NCBI RefSeq assembly: GCF_006345805.1
Contig: NC_043003.1
Coordinates: forward strand, 81,344,001-81,408,000
DNA from: Octopus sinensis
Lineage: Eukaryota
Direction: 5' to 3'
Length of the DNA: 64,000 nucleotides
Of this stretch, positions 1-13,050 are shown one piece after another. Position numbers and translations under genes: made by a program. Below the pieces are notes generated by a model. That model had not been told where the DNA came from and did not search any database. It worked only from the letters and a program-made list of their open reading frames with translations. Within the stretch, counting starts at the first letter, position 1. Each line of letters opens with the position of its first letter.

Positions 1-165
1 GAGGTGGCTGGGCATAACAAAAGAGATAGGAGGAGCCGGGACAGATGGAATGGGGATGACTGAGTGTCATATATGACAAAGTTTGTGACGTGTGTACAAC
101 CAGCTCCGAAGAGCAAAAGCCATTATGTTATAGTAAAAATGGCAGGAGACGTGATACAGTATGCA
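1..165 (-). mobile_element. Decayed LINE (CR1/Jockey-like) 3' ORF fragment
   Basis: Minus strand reads ...HNGFCSSELV..., resembling the C-terminal FYRYYNGxCSSEL motif of CR1/Jockey-type ORF2; truncated by window edge. Confidence 0.35.
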
Positions 166-304
166 GAATGCATATGTACATATACCAGCGTGTGTCTGTG
201 TGCATGTGAATGTGTATGTGTGTGCGTGTTTCTGAATCTTCGGAAACTAGTCTTCTTAATAAATTGTTGCTAGTATGTATGGTTATCTTTTAATATTTTC
301 TGTA

Positions 305-690
305 ACTGGAATGCGGCAATGCTGGGGCACCACCTTGAAGTGCTTAGTCGAACAGATCTACCCCAGTAATTATTTTTTAAGTTTAATACTTATCCGATCA
401 GTCAACAACCGGTATTAGTTTATTTACGGTGATGTAAACAAACCAACACCGATTGTGAAGGTGTGGTGGGGACAAACACAGACACAAATGCACACACATG
501 AATATATATATATATATATAAACTATATACGACGGATTACTTTCAGTTTCTGTTTACCAAATCCACTTGCAAGGCTTTAATCAACCCAAGGCAATAGCGG
601 AAGACACTTGCTCAAAGTGTAACGCTGTGGGACTGAACCCGGAAGCATGTAGTTGAGAAAGAAACTTCTTACTATACAGTTACGCCTGCC
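305..690 (-). mobile_element. SINE family A copy (tRNA-like head GGAGTGGCTGTGTGGTAAGTAGCTTGCT type), diverged
   Basis: Reverse complement aligns by eye with the intact copy at 58098-58485. Confidence 0.8.
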
Positions 691-1249
691 CTCATTCTGG
701 TTCACAAGAACTTGAATTCTATCCGATTCTTTCAAACATCATCAATCAAAAGCTTGTTTTTGTTTGCGGCTCGCTATTTTTGTCCGTGTGTTTTAGTTTA
801 ACTTTATACTGCGTCATATGTATTGTGTCTAACATTAATCGTCTAAAGTTGAAGGAAGTTCTGTAAGTTACAGATGTACTATCCTATATTGTCTCTCCAC
901 CTGGTTCCGTTTCGTGCCTTGTTGCGTTGTAACTATCGTTGCTATAAGAGCAAAGGGAATCGGTGGAGAAGCACTATAACTACAACAATTAACTACAAAC
1001 TGAGATGACATATATCTATCGGTCAAAATCAAAATTACAGGCTAATGTTTACACCAATTCGTCACGTCAGCTCTTTCCACAGTAAAGTGACACTAACACA
1101 CGACATCCTCACATGAATCCATTCTGATGCTGATAAGATCTAGAAGCGTTGATTGTTGATTTTGGAACTTTATAGTTCCTACAGATTTGAACATACCTAA
1201 CGAAAGTGATAAATCTGCGACACAGTCGTCTTTTCAATGCAACACTTAC

Positions 1250-1560
<311 letters not shown>

Positions 1561-2304
1561 GGCTCGCATGCGCGTTAGTGTGCAAAGCAGGAAACAGTTG
1601 TTATTGAGACACTGTTGTTTGGCCCATTTGTACAAATAACGATCGATTCTCACCTTAATGCCAATTTGCCATAGAATAAACAAATTTTGATTATCTTTTT
1701 ATTTTCTGTTCTGTTTTTTTTTTTTTCGTTTCATTTTTAGACATAAATGCAAAGAAATATAGTTTGACAGATGATATTTGGCTGTCTGTCGACAACGTGC
1801 ATGGAATCAAATGAGAGATAGCTATAAAGAAAAGAAAAATAATGGGGGAAAAAAGCTAGCTAATGAGTGTCTGATATGGACAGATACAGAAATGAATGTA
1901 AGGAAGAGCAGAAAGTGAAATTTAAAATACAGATGGGGAAAAAAAAAGAGAGGGAGGAAAAAAAATCTATATGGAGGATTAAACATGTGAAGCAGGATAA
2001 AGAGTGCAGGAGAAATCAAAATAAGATACTCGGAGAATAGTAAAATATCAAGAAAGCTAGATGGTGATGTAAAAGAAAAAAATAATAAACAGAAAGGTAA
2101 TAAATACTGAAAAAAGCCGAAAGATCATATCGACAAATAATTTGAAATGAGATGAAATGAAGCGATCATTGCAAGATGATGTAACTTAGAAAAAAGCCGA
2201 AGAAAGTAAAAGATACATAAATTGCTTTTTTTGCTGAGTTGTTCATGTAGACACACTTATATATATATGTACATAAAAGAAGCACTGTGACCATGAGAAA
2301 TAAA

Positions 2305-2357
2305 ATAATAATAATGATAATAATAATAATAATAATAACAATAATAATGGTGAATAC

Positions 2358-2424
<67 letters not shown>

Positions 2425-2440
2425 ATTATTATTATTATTA
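2305..2440. repeat. (TAA)n/(TTA)n microsatellite
   Basis: Directly visible. Confidence 0.95.
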
Positions 2441-2915
2441 CTTTTAATCTGCATGTTTGTTGCAGTCACTAGCCGAGGCACACCCAGCGTCCTGGAGCGA
2501 GTGAAGGATAAGAGATGTTACAGTATGACTGAAAGCTTGGGGAGGGGGAAGTAGTGAAATATCTTCATGTAATACAACACAGACATTTAAATGGATAAGG
2601 TTTTTCTAAGGATGTAGGCAGTACTTGTCAGCACAATCCTTTGGATTTCTCTGAGACATGGTTCTCCTGGGATCTTATCTAGATGCTTCTGACATTTTTT
2701 ATCATACCCAGGGCACCTACAATAACAGGAACAGTTCTCGTTTTAAGATGCCTCATCTTTTATATTTCAATTTCCAGGTGCTTATATTTATTTTGTTAAA
2801 TTCCTTGAGAGATATTTTTATTAGTGGGAACAGTCACATGTATTAGTGTACAAGTCTTTTCTTCCCCGTCTTTAATAATTATGCCTGGTCGATTAGCCTG
2901 GATCGTTCAGTCAGT
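2441..2915 (-). mobile_element. R4/Dong-clade non-LTR retrotransposon 3' fragment (RLE domain), pseudogenised
   Basis: Minus strand: TIQANRPGIIIKD...TCTLIHVTVPTNKNI...RTVPVIVGALGMIK...IPGEPCLREIQRIVLTSTAYILRKTLS; 3' end runs into (TAA)n. Confidence 0.8.
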
Positions 2916-3019
2916 GTTGTTTTTTACCTTCAACGATTAGCTCAGGGTGATGTTTGTACCAGAAAATAGGAGTGCTGATTTTGTAGTGTTTACATATTTT
3001 CCATTTTAAATACTGTTTT

Positions 3020-3085
3020 GATGGATCATTCTTGCCACATTGTCATGGCATCTTTTGTATTCGCATTGTGCCAATTTCGGGCATC
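3020..3085 (-). mobile_element. Short R4/Dong fragment (CCHC-adjacent region)
   Basis: Minus strand CPKLAQCEYKRCHDNVARMIH; near-duplicate of 3655-3716. Confidence 0.75.
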
Positions 3086-3089
3086 ATCA

Positions 3090-3144
<55 letters not shown>

Positions 3145-3145
<1 letters not shown>

Positions 3146-3716
3146 CGAAAACTTGCAGCTTATTATTCTGGGTATGATGGAAAGTGTCAGCTGTCCACAA
3201 CCAGCACACTAAGGTGACACTTGTTTACTGTTCATGCTTTAAGAACCCTGCGAAGAATTCTTGCAATTCCATGCAATGTAATGTTGATTTTTGTAGGTGT
3301 TCTACCTTCAAACTTGCACCAATCTTTTTCAACCACGTCGGTAATTGAGTGCTAATACTTCCAAGTGCACCAAGTACTCTCTTTATTGAGCTTAACCTTC
3401 ACATTTCCCACTTCAAATCGTCATAGTTGTTTATTTTTTCTCGTTGTCACCTGGGCATAATATATCGATTACCATACATGTTCTTTTTTTTATTTACCAC
3501 AGCAGTGTCCGGTTTCCGATGTCTGGTTGGGTGATCACCTTGGATCATTGCAACCCTCAGGATTTTGCAATTCTCATTTTCAGTGACTCCTTCTGGGGTC
3601 TGCTCATACCACGTCTTTACTCATTGTAGGCCGTGATTTCCACAGAGCTCTCAACGGATCGTTCTTGCCACATTGTCATGGCATCTTTTATATTCGCGTT
3701 GTGCCAGTTTCGGGCA
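3145..3716 (-). mobile_element. R4/Dong-clade non-LTR retrotransposon 3' fragment (RHD motif plus PD-D restriction-like endonuclease), pseudogenised
   Basis: Minus strand: CPKLAQREYKRCHDNVART..ELC...WYEQTPEGVTENENCKIL...RHRKPDTAVVNKKRTCMVIDILCPGD...VLGALGSIS...LQKS...ARILRRVL; (TAA)n on both sides. Confidence 0.85.
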
Positions 3717-3725
3717 TTATTATTG

Positions 3726-3780
<55 letters not shown>

Positions 3781-3985
3781 CCTTTCTGCAATAGGCAAAA
3801 GACCTGAAATTCGTGGGGACAGGGATAATCGACCACAGTACTTGACTGGTACTTACTTCATAGACCCCAGAATGATGAAAGGCAAAGCTAATCTCAGTGG
3901 ATTTTCAGCTCAGACCGTATAGACGAACAGAATGCCGCTAAGCACTTTGCCCGGCGTAATAACGATTCCGTCAGCTCACCGTCTT
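3781..3985 (-). mobile_element. SINE family B copy (GGCGAGCTGGCAGAA...GCCTTTCATCCTTTCGGGGTCGAT type)
   Basis: Reverse complement matches 45456-45683 and 49130-49352. Confidence 0.8.
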
Positions 3986-4123
3986 TAATAATAATAATAA
4001 TAATTGCATTATAAGTTAACAAAAAAACCTCTCTTAAATTACCGGGGTTCAGTAATACTGAAATGTAGCACGTTATGTAAATAAATGTATATGGTCTGTC
4101 TATAAGTGTTAAACTAGTTCAAA

Positions 4124-4200
4124 TCAAAGGGTTCCCAAACCTTTGGTTTAGATATATTTTTTCTACAGCCACTTTTAACATGCTTATACTTGTGTATGTA

Positions 4201-4252
<52 letters not shown>

Positions 4253-4340
4253 AAAGGAAATTTTGAATTTAGTTCACGAACCCCCAGGACTACCTTTGCA
4301 GACCACCAGAGGTCCACTGACCCCAGGTTGGGAACCACCG
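4124..4340. mobile_element. hAT-type MITE with internal microsatellite
   Basis: Imperfect TIRs GGTTCCCAAACCT ... AGGTTGGGAACC. Confidence 0.55.
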
Positions 4341-4369
4341 AACTAGTTGTTCAATATCAATGCTCTGTA

Positions 4370-4760
4370 ACGTCGGTGTGTAGAGAAGACAAGGAAGGAA
4401 CATCCACATGACCGATCAGCTTGCTTGAAATAGCAGCCAAATCTCCTTTAAATCACACCCTGTCAACTTAAAAAGAAAAGAAGTATTCGTTGGACAAGGT
4501 AATTGTAGATGTATACTGAGTCTAAAATAAAGAGGGAATGGTCGCGTTTGGAACACTCTTGGGCATAATGTACTCATAATTGGCCTGAGGTTAAATCACA
4601 ACCGTGCAATCCCTCAAACTTCACAAAATAGCAATTAAATCTCAATAAAGCCATATTCAACGGTTTTTAATGAGTGAGGTTTACATATGATAATGTAGTT
4701 CTACATATACTATGACGGAAATAAAGAAGTGTTCATCATAACCGGAACACTATTGTTCAA
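4370..4760 (+). mobile_element. Dispersed repeat family C (GAAATAGCAGCCAAATCTCC..AAATCACACCCT), one copy plus a partial copy; related copies about 10455-10605 (+), 19085-19280 (-), 41270-41390 (+), 53095-53300 (-)
   Basis: Shared motifs visible among these loci. Confidence 0.6.
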
Positions 4761-6174
4761 ATGCTTTCTTCAATACTGAACTTTTGCTTTTCTTCTCCCA
4801 CTTAATTTTCTAATCTTCATGGTTACTCATCTGGGGGAAAAGTTGTTTAAATGTGAACTACAATAGTTGGAGTATCTCCTGAAGTACTGTTTACGCAAGA
4901 TGGAATGATTTCATAAAGCCATGCAGTACAGTTCTGCGTTTGTTCTTCAATTTATTTCATTCCTTTCCCTTGATAATAGCAAATATTTCGGAGTAAAACG
5001 TCGTTTAGCCAAAAGGGGAGCCATTAAAAAGAGAAAAGCGGAACAAAAAATGAAATTACTATTGCCATTCAGCCTCTGCATAGCTTCAAGGAGATTTTAA
5101 TAAAATTCTTTCTCCCGCTTTTTCTCTGTTTCCCTCTCTGCCAAGAAAGAATGTTGTATGCTACCATCTCATATTTGAAAAGAAAATCGGTTCATGATTT
5201 TTTTTCTTTTCATGAAAGTTTGCTGAATGAAGGTGACTAAGAGAGCAGTGCTAAAGCTTTAAACGACACAGCAAAATACGAAGAATGTTTGATGTCATGT
5301 AATATACAAAGCTACATCAGAGACTTTTCAAACCTGAATACTGGCAATTTATTATAGAAAGTGAATAAACTAAATTGTTTAACAAACACCATATTGTATA
5401 GCTTTATTAAGTTATTTATCTCGTATAAACAGTACTTTTAGAGATGATGTAACTATTTTAAGGTCACACTTACTCAGCGGTGTGTGAGTGTGTGTGTGAT
5501 AGCTTTCCACACATTTCCATCTCTTACATTCCACAAAAAAAAAAATGGATACAAAGAACATGAGTCTTTCTGAGGCTCGGCTAGAAATCACTCACATACT
5601 CGCAGTACGGCACAATGGGATTGAACTCAAAGTCATGCGGTTGCGAGGAGAATTAGCTAACCATTCATTCATGATAGAATTTTGGTTAATACTTACAGGT
5701 CGCATTCCAGTAAATGATAACGTTCTAGTCGTCAGTATTTCTGTATTTAATGAAAGGATCGTATTTCTATCGTTCAGGATTTAAAGTATGGTTCCATTTT
5801 ATTTTCGATCAGGGACTTTTTTTTTTTTTTTGTAATTTGAATATACTTGCTACGTTGAAGTTGTTCAATAACTACCTTGAAGATTCCTCGCAGGTGCAAA
5901 TATAATGAATTTTGCAGGTGCAAGTATAATGGATTTTCTTCAAACATTTTGATATCTTTACATCAAATTATATAGTTTTTTTTATTTATTAATAACTATC
6001 TATATAACAGATACATACAAACATACTTCCGTGTGTATGTGCTCATGCGCACGCACGCATGTATGTTTGTGTGCATACCTATGCATTCAAATGTGTATGT
6101 GCTTTATGCAATTGGACAAGTGAATTTTACATTGAATATTATAAATATTATGTTGTTGTTGTTGTTGTTGTTAA

Positions 6175-7535
6175 CGTGGCGAGCTGGTAGAACCGTTAGC
6201 ACGCTGGACGAAATGCTTAGCAGTAATAAGTACCAGTAAAAACTAGGGTCAATGTAATCGATCAGTCGCCTCCCATCATATTTGAGGCTTTGTGCCTCCA
6301 GTAGAAAGGAATATTATTATTATGAAAGCAGCGAGCTGGATGAGTGGTTAATACGCTGGACGGAATGCTTAGCGGCATTTCGCCCGTCGCTACGTTCTGA
6401 ATTCAAATTCCACCGAAGACGACTTTGCCTTTCATCCTTTTGTGATCGATAAATTAAGTACGAGTTGAGTGCTGAGATCGATATAATCGACTTACCTCTT
6501 CTCCAAATTTCAGGCCTTGTGTCTATAAAAGAAAGTATTATTATCATTATTATTATTATTATTAGTATGAAGGCGATGAGCTGGCAAAATCGTTAAAACA
6601 CCGGGCGAAATGCTTAGGTAGTATTTCGCTCTTCGATACGTTCGGAGTTAAAATCCCCCCGAGGTCGTCTTTGCCTTTCATCTTTTCGGGTTGATAAAAT
6701 AAGTACCAATTGAACACTGGAGTCGATGTAATCGACTCATCCCCTCTCCAGAATTGCTACCATTGTGGTAAAATTTGAAACCAGCACCACCTACACCATC
6801 ACCACCATCATCATTATAAAGGCAGCGAGATGGCAGAATCGTTAGCACACCAGTCGAAATACTTAGAGGCATTTTGTTTGTTTTTACGTTCTGAGTTCAA
6901 ATTCCGCCGAGTTCGAATTTGCCTATCATCCTTTCGGGTACCAGTTGCACACTGGAGTCAATGTAATCGACATAACCTCCGCCCCGGGGGTTGTACCAAA
7001 ATTCTGAATCATGATTATTATTATTTTAAAGTGAGCTAACTAAATCATTATAGCTTCGGCAAAAAGGATTTGTGGCATTTGTCCCGGCTTTTAACGTTCT
7101 CCACTTAAATCCAGTCGAAGTCAGCTTGCCTTCTTCTTTCCAGGGCCGATGAAATAAAGTACCAGTCAAGTACTTGAATCGATGGTAACGACTACCATAC
7201 TCCTCAAAATTTCTGGCCTAAATTAGGAACAGTAGTATTAGTCGTAATATCATTATTACTAGCAAACGCGTTGAGGTACCAGTCTAGGTGATAAGCTGGC
7301 AGAATCGTGAGAAAAGCAGGAAAAATGTTATTGTTTGTGGTACTTCTTCCGACTCTTTATGTTCTGAGTTCACATTTTATCTTTCATCCGTCTGGGACAC
7401 ATACAAAGAAGAATACAGTCAAATATGTCATCTTTATTCTATGCTAGAACTCATCATGATTTTTAGTGTAACTGAATAGCATCAACTAATCCTCTACCCT
7501 CAAAATTGCTGTCCTTGTGCAAATAGTAGAAATTA
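6175..7535 (+). mobile_element. Head-to-tail cluster of about 6 diverged SINE family B copies, several separated by (TTA)n or (CAT)n
   Basis: Repeated GAGCTGG(C/T)AGAA heads near 6180, 6332, 6577, 6826, 7032, 7293 and repeated GCCTTTCATC...GATAAA cores. Confidence 0.85.
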
Positions 7536-8036
7536 TTACCAGTAAAATGTTGGTAGATCACAAGACAAGAACAACACGCTACTTTTAGCTGCCTCGTATT
7601 CCATTCAGATAACTCAGCTGTTTGGTCACATATTTTTCCGCGTTTTCCGTCTTCTAGTTAAGACCACTACCTGATTGGCCATAGGGTGTAGTGCCCCACA
7701 ATTTGAGAACAACTATTTCGGAGAAAATATCGTGCAGTATTTGATGTAACCCTTTACATTCTGGGTTTAGTTTTGTTTTTCATTCTTTTGGGGATTGATA
7801 AAATGATGTTCCTGGTCAAGCACCGGCATCAATTTGATTGACGAAATCGTTCCTTAAATGTTTGGTCTTCTATTAGAAACATCTATTATGGTTGGATTGT
7901 AGCGTATGTCTAGCGGAGACAAGTATAAGGATAAACAACTCGTCTCTACATGATAAGATATTATATCCCCAAAACGCCATGTTGGACCGTTAGCCCCTAC
8001 ACGCAATTTTTTCTCTCCTTCTTTCTTTTCTGTGTA

Positions 8037-8074
8037 TCTTTCTGTCGAAGAGCGTAGGCTCGAAACGTACAAGA
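8037..8074 (+). ncRNA. Minimal hammerhead-like motif (variant core CUGUCGA) in a Penelope-type pLTR remnant (about 7960-8170) ending in (TA)n
   Basis: tcttt-CTGTCGA-A-GAGC(gtag)GCTC-GAAA-CG-TA-caaga. Confidence 0.55.
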
Positions 8075-8213
8075 CTTGTTTTATTTCTATTCCTGAGTGC
8101 CATACTAATACATTGTTTGTTTGTACTCCACCTTCCTTCGACTTTTGTTTATTTTCGTAAACCTTCCTGTTATATATATATATGTATATATATGTGTGTG
8201 TGTGGAGTAATTT

Positions 8214-8425
8214 AGGCGGTGAACAGGCAGAATCGTTACCGCGCTGGGATTAATGTTTAGCGGCATTTCGTCCACCTTTACGTTCAGAGTTCGAAATTTG
8301 TCGCTGTCGACTTTTCATCCTCTCGGGATCGACAAAAAAAACGTACCAGTCCAGAAATGGGGCTGGTGTAATCGACTCGCCCCCTCTTCCGAAAATGCTG
8401 GTTTTTGTGCCAAAATTTGAAATCA
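8214..8425 (+). mobile_element. SINE family B copy
   Basis: GGCGGTGAACAGGCAGAATCGTTA...TTTCATCCTCTCGGGATCGAC...GTGCCAAAATTTGAAA. Confidence 0.8.
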
Positions 8426-11400
8426 GTGTACATAGAAGTATTTAACGGGATTTATTTAAATGTTGTTATTATCACCGTAAAGAATTCATTATTCAGATTA
8501 TTTTTTGCAATGTCTTGATAGCGCGCGTAATCCTATATATCATAATACTTCTTTATTAATGTTGATATGTTGCCTCAAGGACGATATACTTCACATGACA
8601 AGTTCTCAAATTGTGTGCCCCGAAGGGTGTCTAAAAGCATCGCAGATAACTGAAAATATAATGTAAAGCCTTAGAAAACCTATATTAATATTTGTGTGTA
8701 TTAAAATTTTGAATAAACAAGATAAATTATTCGTATTTTCTTAAATTTTCAAAGATGTTTCTTTCACATAAAGTGCACCAATAATTTTGTATTTGATATG
8801 TACTGCACTAGAAAGTCAAAAGGAATAAGAACTACAGCTTTACATAGTGAAGTTTAGATCCATAACATACTGTAGCTTGCCGTACTGGTGATCCCCTCCT
8901 CATAATCAGATTGAATCCTTTAATGTTAAGTGCTTTTACTTCACTTGAAATTGAATGAAACACCCGAATGCTTTGTTATTTTCATTAATTCCTAAGAATT
9001 AATGAATAGATCAGTTGAAAAATATCATTTCGTAATGTTTAAGTTTCTAAAAGTCTAATAATGAATTGTTAGTACACACTTTAATAAAGACATCATTAAA
9101 TGTCATTATGCTGAATAATCATCTCAGCAATTAGAGTCGTGCATTCATTATAAATGCATTTTATAACATCTTACATTGTATCATTTCCTTAAAACCTATA
9201 AAATTGATCTTTAATGAGAAACCTTCCATTAATTTGTTTTACCACATTTGAAATATTTTACTTCTTCTATTCAGATTAAATCGTATTTTTCCTATCCGAT
9301 TCCATTTCACTCCTTTCATTTTGAATCTGTTGACATAGATTAACTGCATCTTTTCTTATACAGATTTTCTAATAATTATATTAAGAATTACTCATAGAAT
9401 TACTTTTAGTTATTCAAAACCCTCAACAAATTCTATGTGAATGAAAATCCTACCGTAAATATTATAAGGTTGTACAGAAAAAATTTGAGTACAGAGTGTT
9501 GATAAAATTCTATTAAGAAATAAGTTATATTTAATCAAATTATATTTAATAAAATGTTAATTAATACAGCCTTATCATATTGTACTTAACTCACTTACGT
9601 ATTCAAATGTAAATAATATCTCGCGATCCTGAGATAGGTGTTTCTCAGCTTCAGCAAGTGATCACATTGTTCATTTCTGACTCTTTCATGCATTTATTGC
9701 TTAGCTTCAACATTTCAATACTGTATATACTGTATTTCGTATTTTATAAGTCACTTTCATATATATAATATTGACTGTTCTTTAAACGTTACACAAGCTA
9801 AATCTGTCAAAAACATTTATATATAACAACCTCCAATATGTATTCATGTCAACGGAACAATATATCTGGTAGAAGCAACAACCAATCATGTATCTGAAAA
9901 ACTTATTGTTAATACAACCACAAAGACATAATGCTTAATTATGTTAGTAATGTAACGAGAATTTTATGTTAGATAAATTGTATTTCTCTACAATACCTAT
10001 GAGGTTGACAGAAGATATGAATAACAAGTGCAACTTTACATAACTTCAAACATTCTTGATTAGAAAATCAAGCAGCTTAGAAAAATAGTTAAAACAAAAT
10101 GGCTTTTGATTATTCCTAGCTTCAGCAAAATATCAAAGTGAATTAGTAATCATTTATCGAACCGGTTCCGATGTCCACAAAAATGCCATCTTCTCGTAAG
10201 CAATTACTAATATTGCACAGAAATTTTTTTTCTTTCGTTTATTGAAACGGTTTCTTCACTTAATATATCACCTTCTCTGATATCTTCTTTTGAAAGTCAC
10301 TTTAACGTGTTTTAAATTCTATTCCAGAATTTTTCAGTTATTCGTTAATCAAGCTTTCGCAATAAATACATTTTAGTGAAGAATTATTTGCTATTGTTGT
10401 AGTTGTCAATGATCTTCCTTTCGCACTTCATGACTCTTGCATGGATGAATCGACGAGGGAACCTCTGAATAGTCGTTCAACATGTTAAAAATATCCAAGT
10501 AAATCTCCTTCTGATCACATCCTATTCTCTTTAAAAAATGTAAAACAGATTGAATCGTCTCCAGAAAGCTGCTCGATCAGGGCTGACATGTGACTGAACA
10601 ACAATAGTAGTATCTCTTGCCAAGAAGACAATTTTAGCTAAACGCAATAAGGCAATAGTATCTCCACAGTTTTACTATCACTAAAAGCAGTCATCTGCGT
10701 TTATTTGTACTTTAGAACATTATATTAAAGACACATTCATTGTGTTGCTGCTGTAAACAATTAAGATGGCTTGAAGCATTCAACATACACACAACAAATA
10801 GGTTTCTTTTTCTATTTTGTGAATGTTCTAATAGGAAGACATACACACGAAAACCTTTTCCTCGCTTGTATTTAATTATCCATTGCTTTTGTTAAAAATT
10901 TAACCGTAGTAAATACATTTTAGTTTCTCTTTGTGATTTTATCTATCATCGCATTTCGAAATTAAAAAGAATTACATATTGGATAGAAACATTAACCGTT
11001 AAAAGCACACCGACACTACTATAGTCGCTCATCTTTAATTATTATTATGTAATAATAATGATATTAATATTCAAGTAAACGTAACTTGTTTATGAATTTA
11101 CCTATTTCTTTAATAAATGTCGTGTCTTTCTATTCTGCATAACACAATAAAACCGTTGATGATATTTTCCTGTAAAGTTCCTTGGTACACTCAATGATTA
11201 ATTAGTGCTTTATCAAAATATTTGTGCTACAGCAATACAAGAATCGTTCCCCAAATCCTATATTTACCATCAGGAATAAGGAAAAATTTCCAGGAATACA
11301 CTCTGCAAGAAAATCAAATACAATGGGTCAAATAATTTTAGTTATTTAATATCAGATTGAGCTTAGCTTTTTCTACTTTAGTCGCAAGACCTGAAATTTT

Positions 11401-11538
11401 GAGGGAAAAGGCTAGCTGATTTCATCGATCGGCTACGTAAGAATAAAGTCGACTGTGGTGAATTTTGAATTCATTTAAGCTTAATATTAAATTCTGATCG
11501 CGAAAGACAAGGAAAACCACCACGAAAGTTTCGTTATA

Positions 11539-12060
11539 TACTGAACAACAAAAGAAACGTTGCGTTGTAAAAGATTGTTTCACACACAATATTGAAATTA
11601 TATGGATTTTTATCACATTTCTACATAACTTGACATCAACATGATGTCACTGATCCACAATACCACTCTCTTTTGAAAGCACAAGGATTGCATGTAGGGT
11701 TCGAACTCGCTCACTTTTCGTGAACAGAGTAATGCTCGCGAACGCATCTTTATGAAGAGCATGATGTACGTGCACAACGTTAACTCATTGGGCATGAAAC
11801 GGCACACAAATTTACCAGCCTGTCATTTGCTTTCCGAACGCAGCAAGCATGCCAAGGCTGACACTAAATCAGAGTGAGTAAGCCATCGGATGTCTCAATG
11901 CTAGTCAAAGCCCATGGTTCATAGCTAATGACTTGAATAGCAGGATTCGGACAACTGAGCGGCTGAGGGAAAAAGACAATGCCACAAACAGCACAGATGA
12001 TCATCCACGCAGAGGCCGACTAGGGTTACAACAGCACGTCAAGATCGCCACCTGCACCAC
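11539..12060 (+). mobile_element. Tc1-type DNA transposon 5' end (TIR plus decayed transposase N-terminal HTH)
   Basis: TA + TACTGAACAACAAAAGAAACG TIR-like start; from ATG 11849: MPRLTLNQSE*AIGCLNASQSPWFIANDLNSRIRTTERLREKDNATNSTDDHPRRGR/RVTTARQDRHL, matching the Tc1 GRPR..TT.RQDR motif. Confidence 0.8.
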
Positions 12061-12129
12061 AGCTAACGTTTCTGCCAGTTCACCACCTTACATCGTCTTA
12101 TAATAATTCTGCTTCTCATTACGTTACTT

Positions 12130-12427
12130 GTGGAGGCGCAATGGCCCAGTGGTTAGGGCAGCGGACTCGCGGTCGTAGGATCGCGGTTTCGATTCCTAAA
12201 CCGGGCGTTGTGAGTGTTTATTGAGCGAAAACACCTAAAAAGTTCCACGAGGCTCCAGCAGGGGGTGGTGATCCCTGCTGTACTCTTTCACTACACTTTC
12301 TCTCACTCTTTCTTCTGTTGGCCTGCTCGCTTAGCCAGCGGGGTGGCGTCATTCGAAGGCTAAAACAATGCGAACGCATTGTGACCAGCGATGTGTAACA
12401 ACATCTGATGGTTTGGTCGGTCACGTG
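12130..12427 (+). mobile_element. tRNA-derived SINE family D, tail type 1, full length with 12-bp TSD
   Basis: A-box TGGCCCAGTGG, B-box GGTTTCGATTCC; TSD ATTACGTTACTT at 12118-12129 and 12428-12439. Confidence 0.9.
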
Positions 12428-12809
12428 ATTACGTTACTTAGCCCGTCAGCAACGCTTTCATGTGATTAAAGAAAAAGAGGGAAAAAGAAAAGAGGAAGAG
12501 AAGAAAAGTGGATAAGGGGAAGAGTGAGGCAGTGAGAGAAAGAAAAAGAGGGAGTGAGAAAAGACGGAGAGAGAAACGTCCATGGTATGTGGTAGGGACA
12601 ATGTAATATTTATTATGTGGTTAAAAAAGTTAGCTGAAGTTAGTCATGTAGAGTTCGGAACATAATTAGCAGAGAGCGATAGGAGAGAGAGAAATGTATG
12701 ATGGTGGTGGAGTGGCGGCGATGGTGAGTGCACAGTGAAAAGTATTTTTTTAAAATTAAACTAAGTTTTTTTATATTACCTATCACTTAACGCATGCGCA
12801 TCCCAAACT

Positions 12810-13050
12810 TGATATTCGCTTTAGAAAGAAACCAGTTTCCAGTTCACCTGTCAAGGGAAGACATTTCATAAAGTGGGGCTGTTTTTGCCTGGATCTGTAT
12901 CTTGCCATGGTCAGCTATATGTTGCATTGTCAAGGGCTCGCAAATTATCTGAGGTGAGAGTTAAAGTTATCAACATTGACAAACAAGGGAAGAGGGAGAA
13001 CTTACACGAAGAGCATAGTCGGCAAAGAACTATTGGATTGAAAGGTGTAC
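12810..13050 (+). mobile_element. Helitron PIF1-like helicase C-terminal fragment (decayed)
   Basis: ..QFPV../CQGKTFHKVGLFLPGSVSCHGQLYVALSRAR.../TYTKSIVGKELL matches the Helitron SQGQT..VGL.L...VFSHGQLYVALSR...T.NIVY.EVL terminus. Confidence 0.85.

Noticed and set aside
8590-8655. Apparent minus-strand exon after ttttcag
   Set aside because: Contains CACAATTTGAGAAC, also at about 7697, which looks like a MITE terminus; weak donor
12131-12205. tRNA-like sequence with A and B boxes
   Set aside because: No proper acceptor stem; continues into a SINE body with TSDs and is multi-copy
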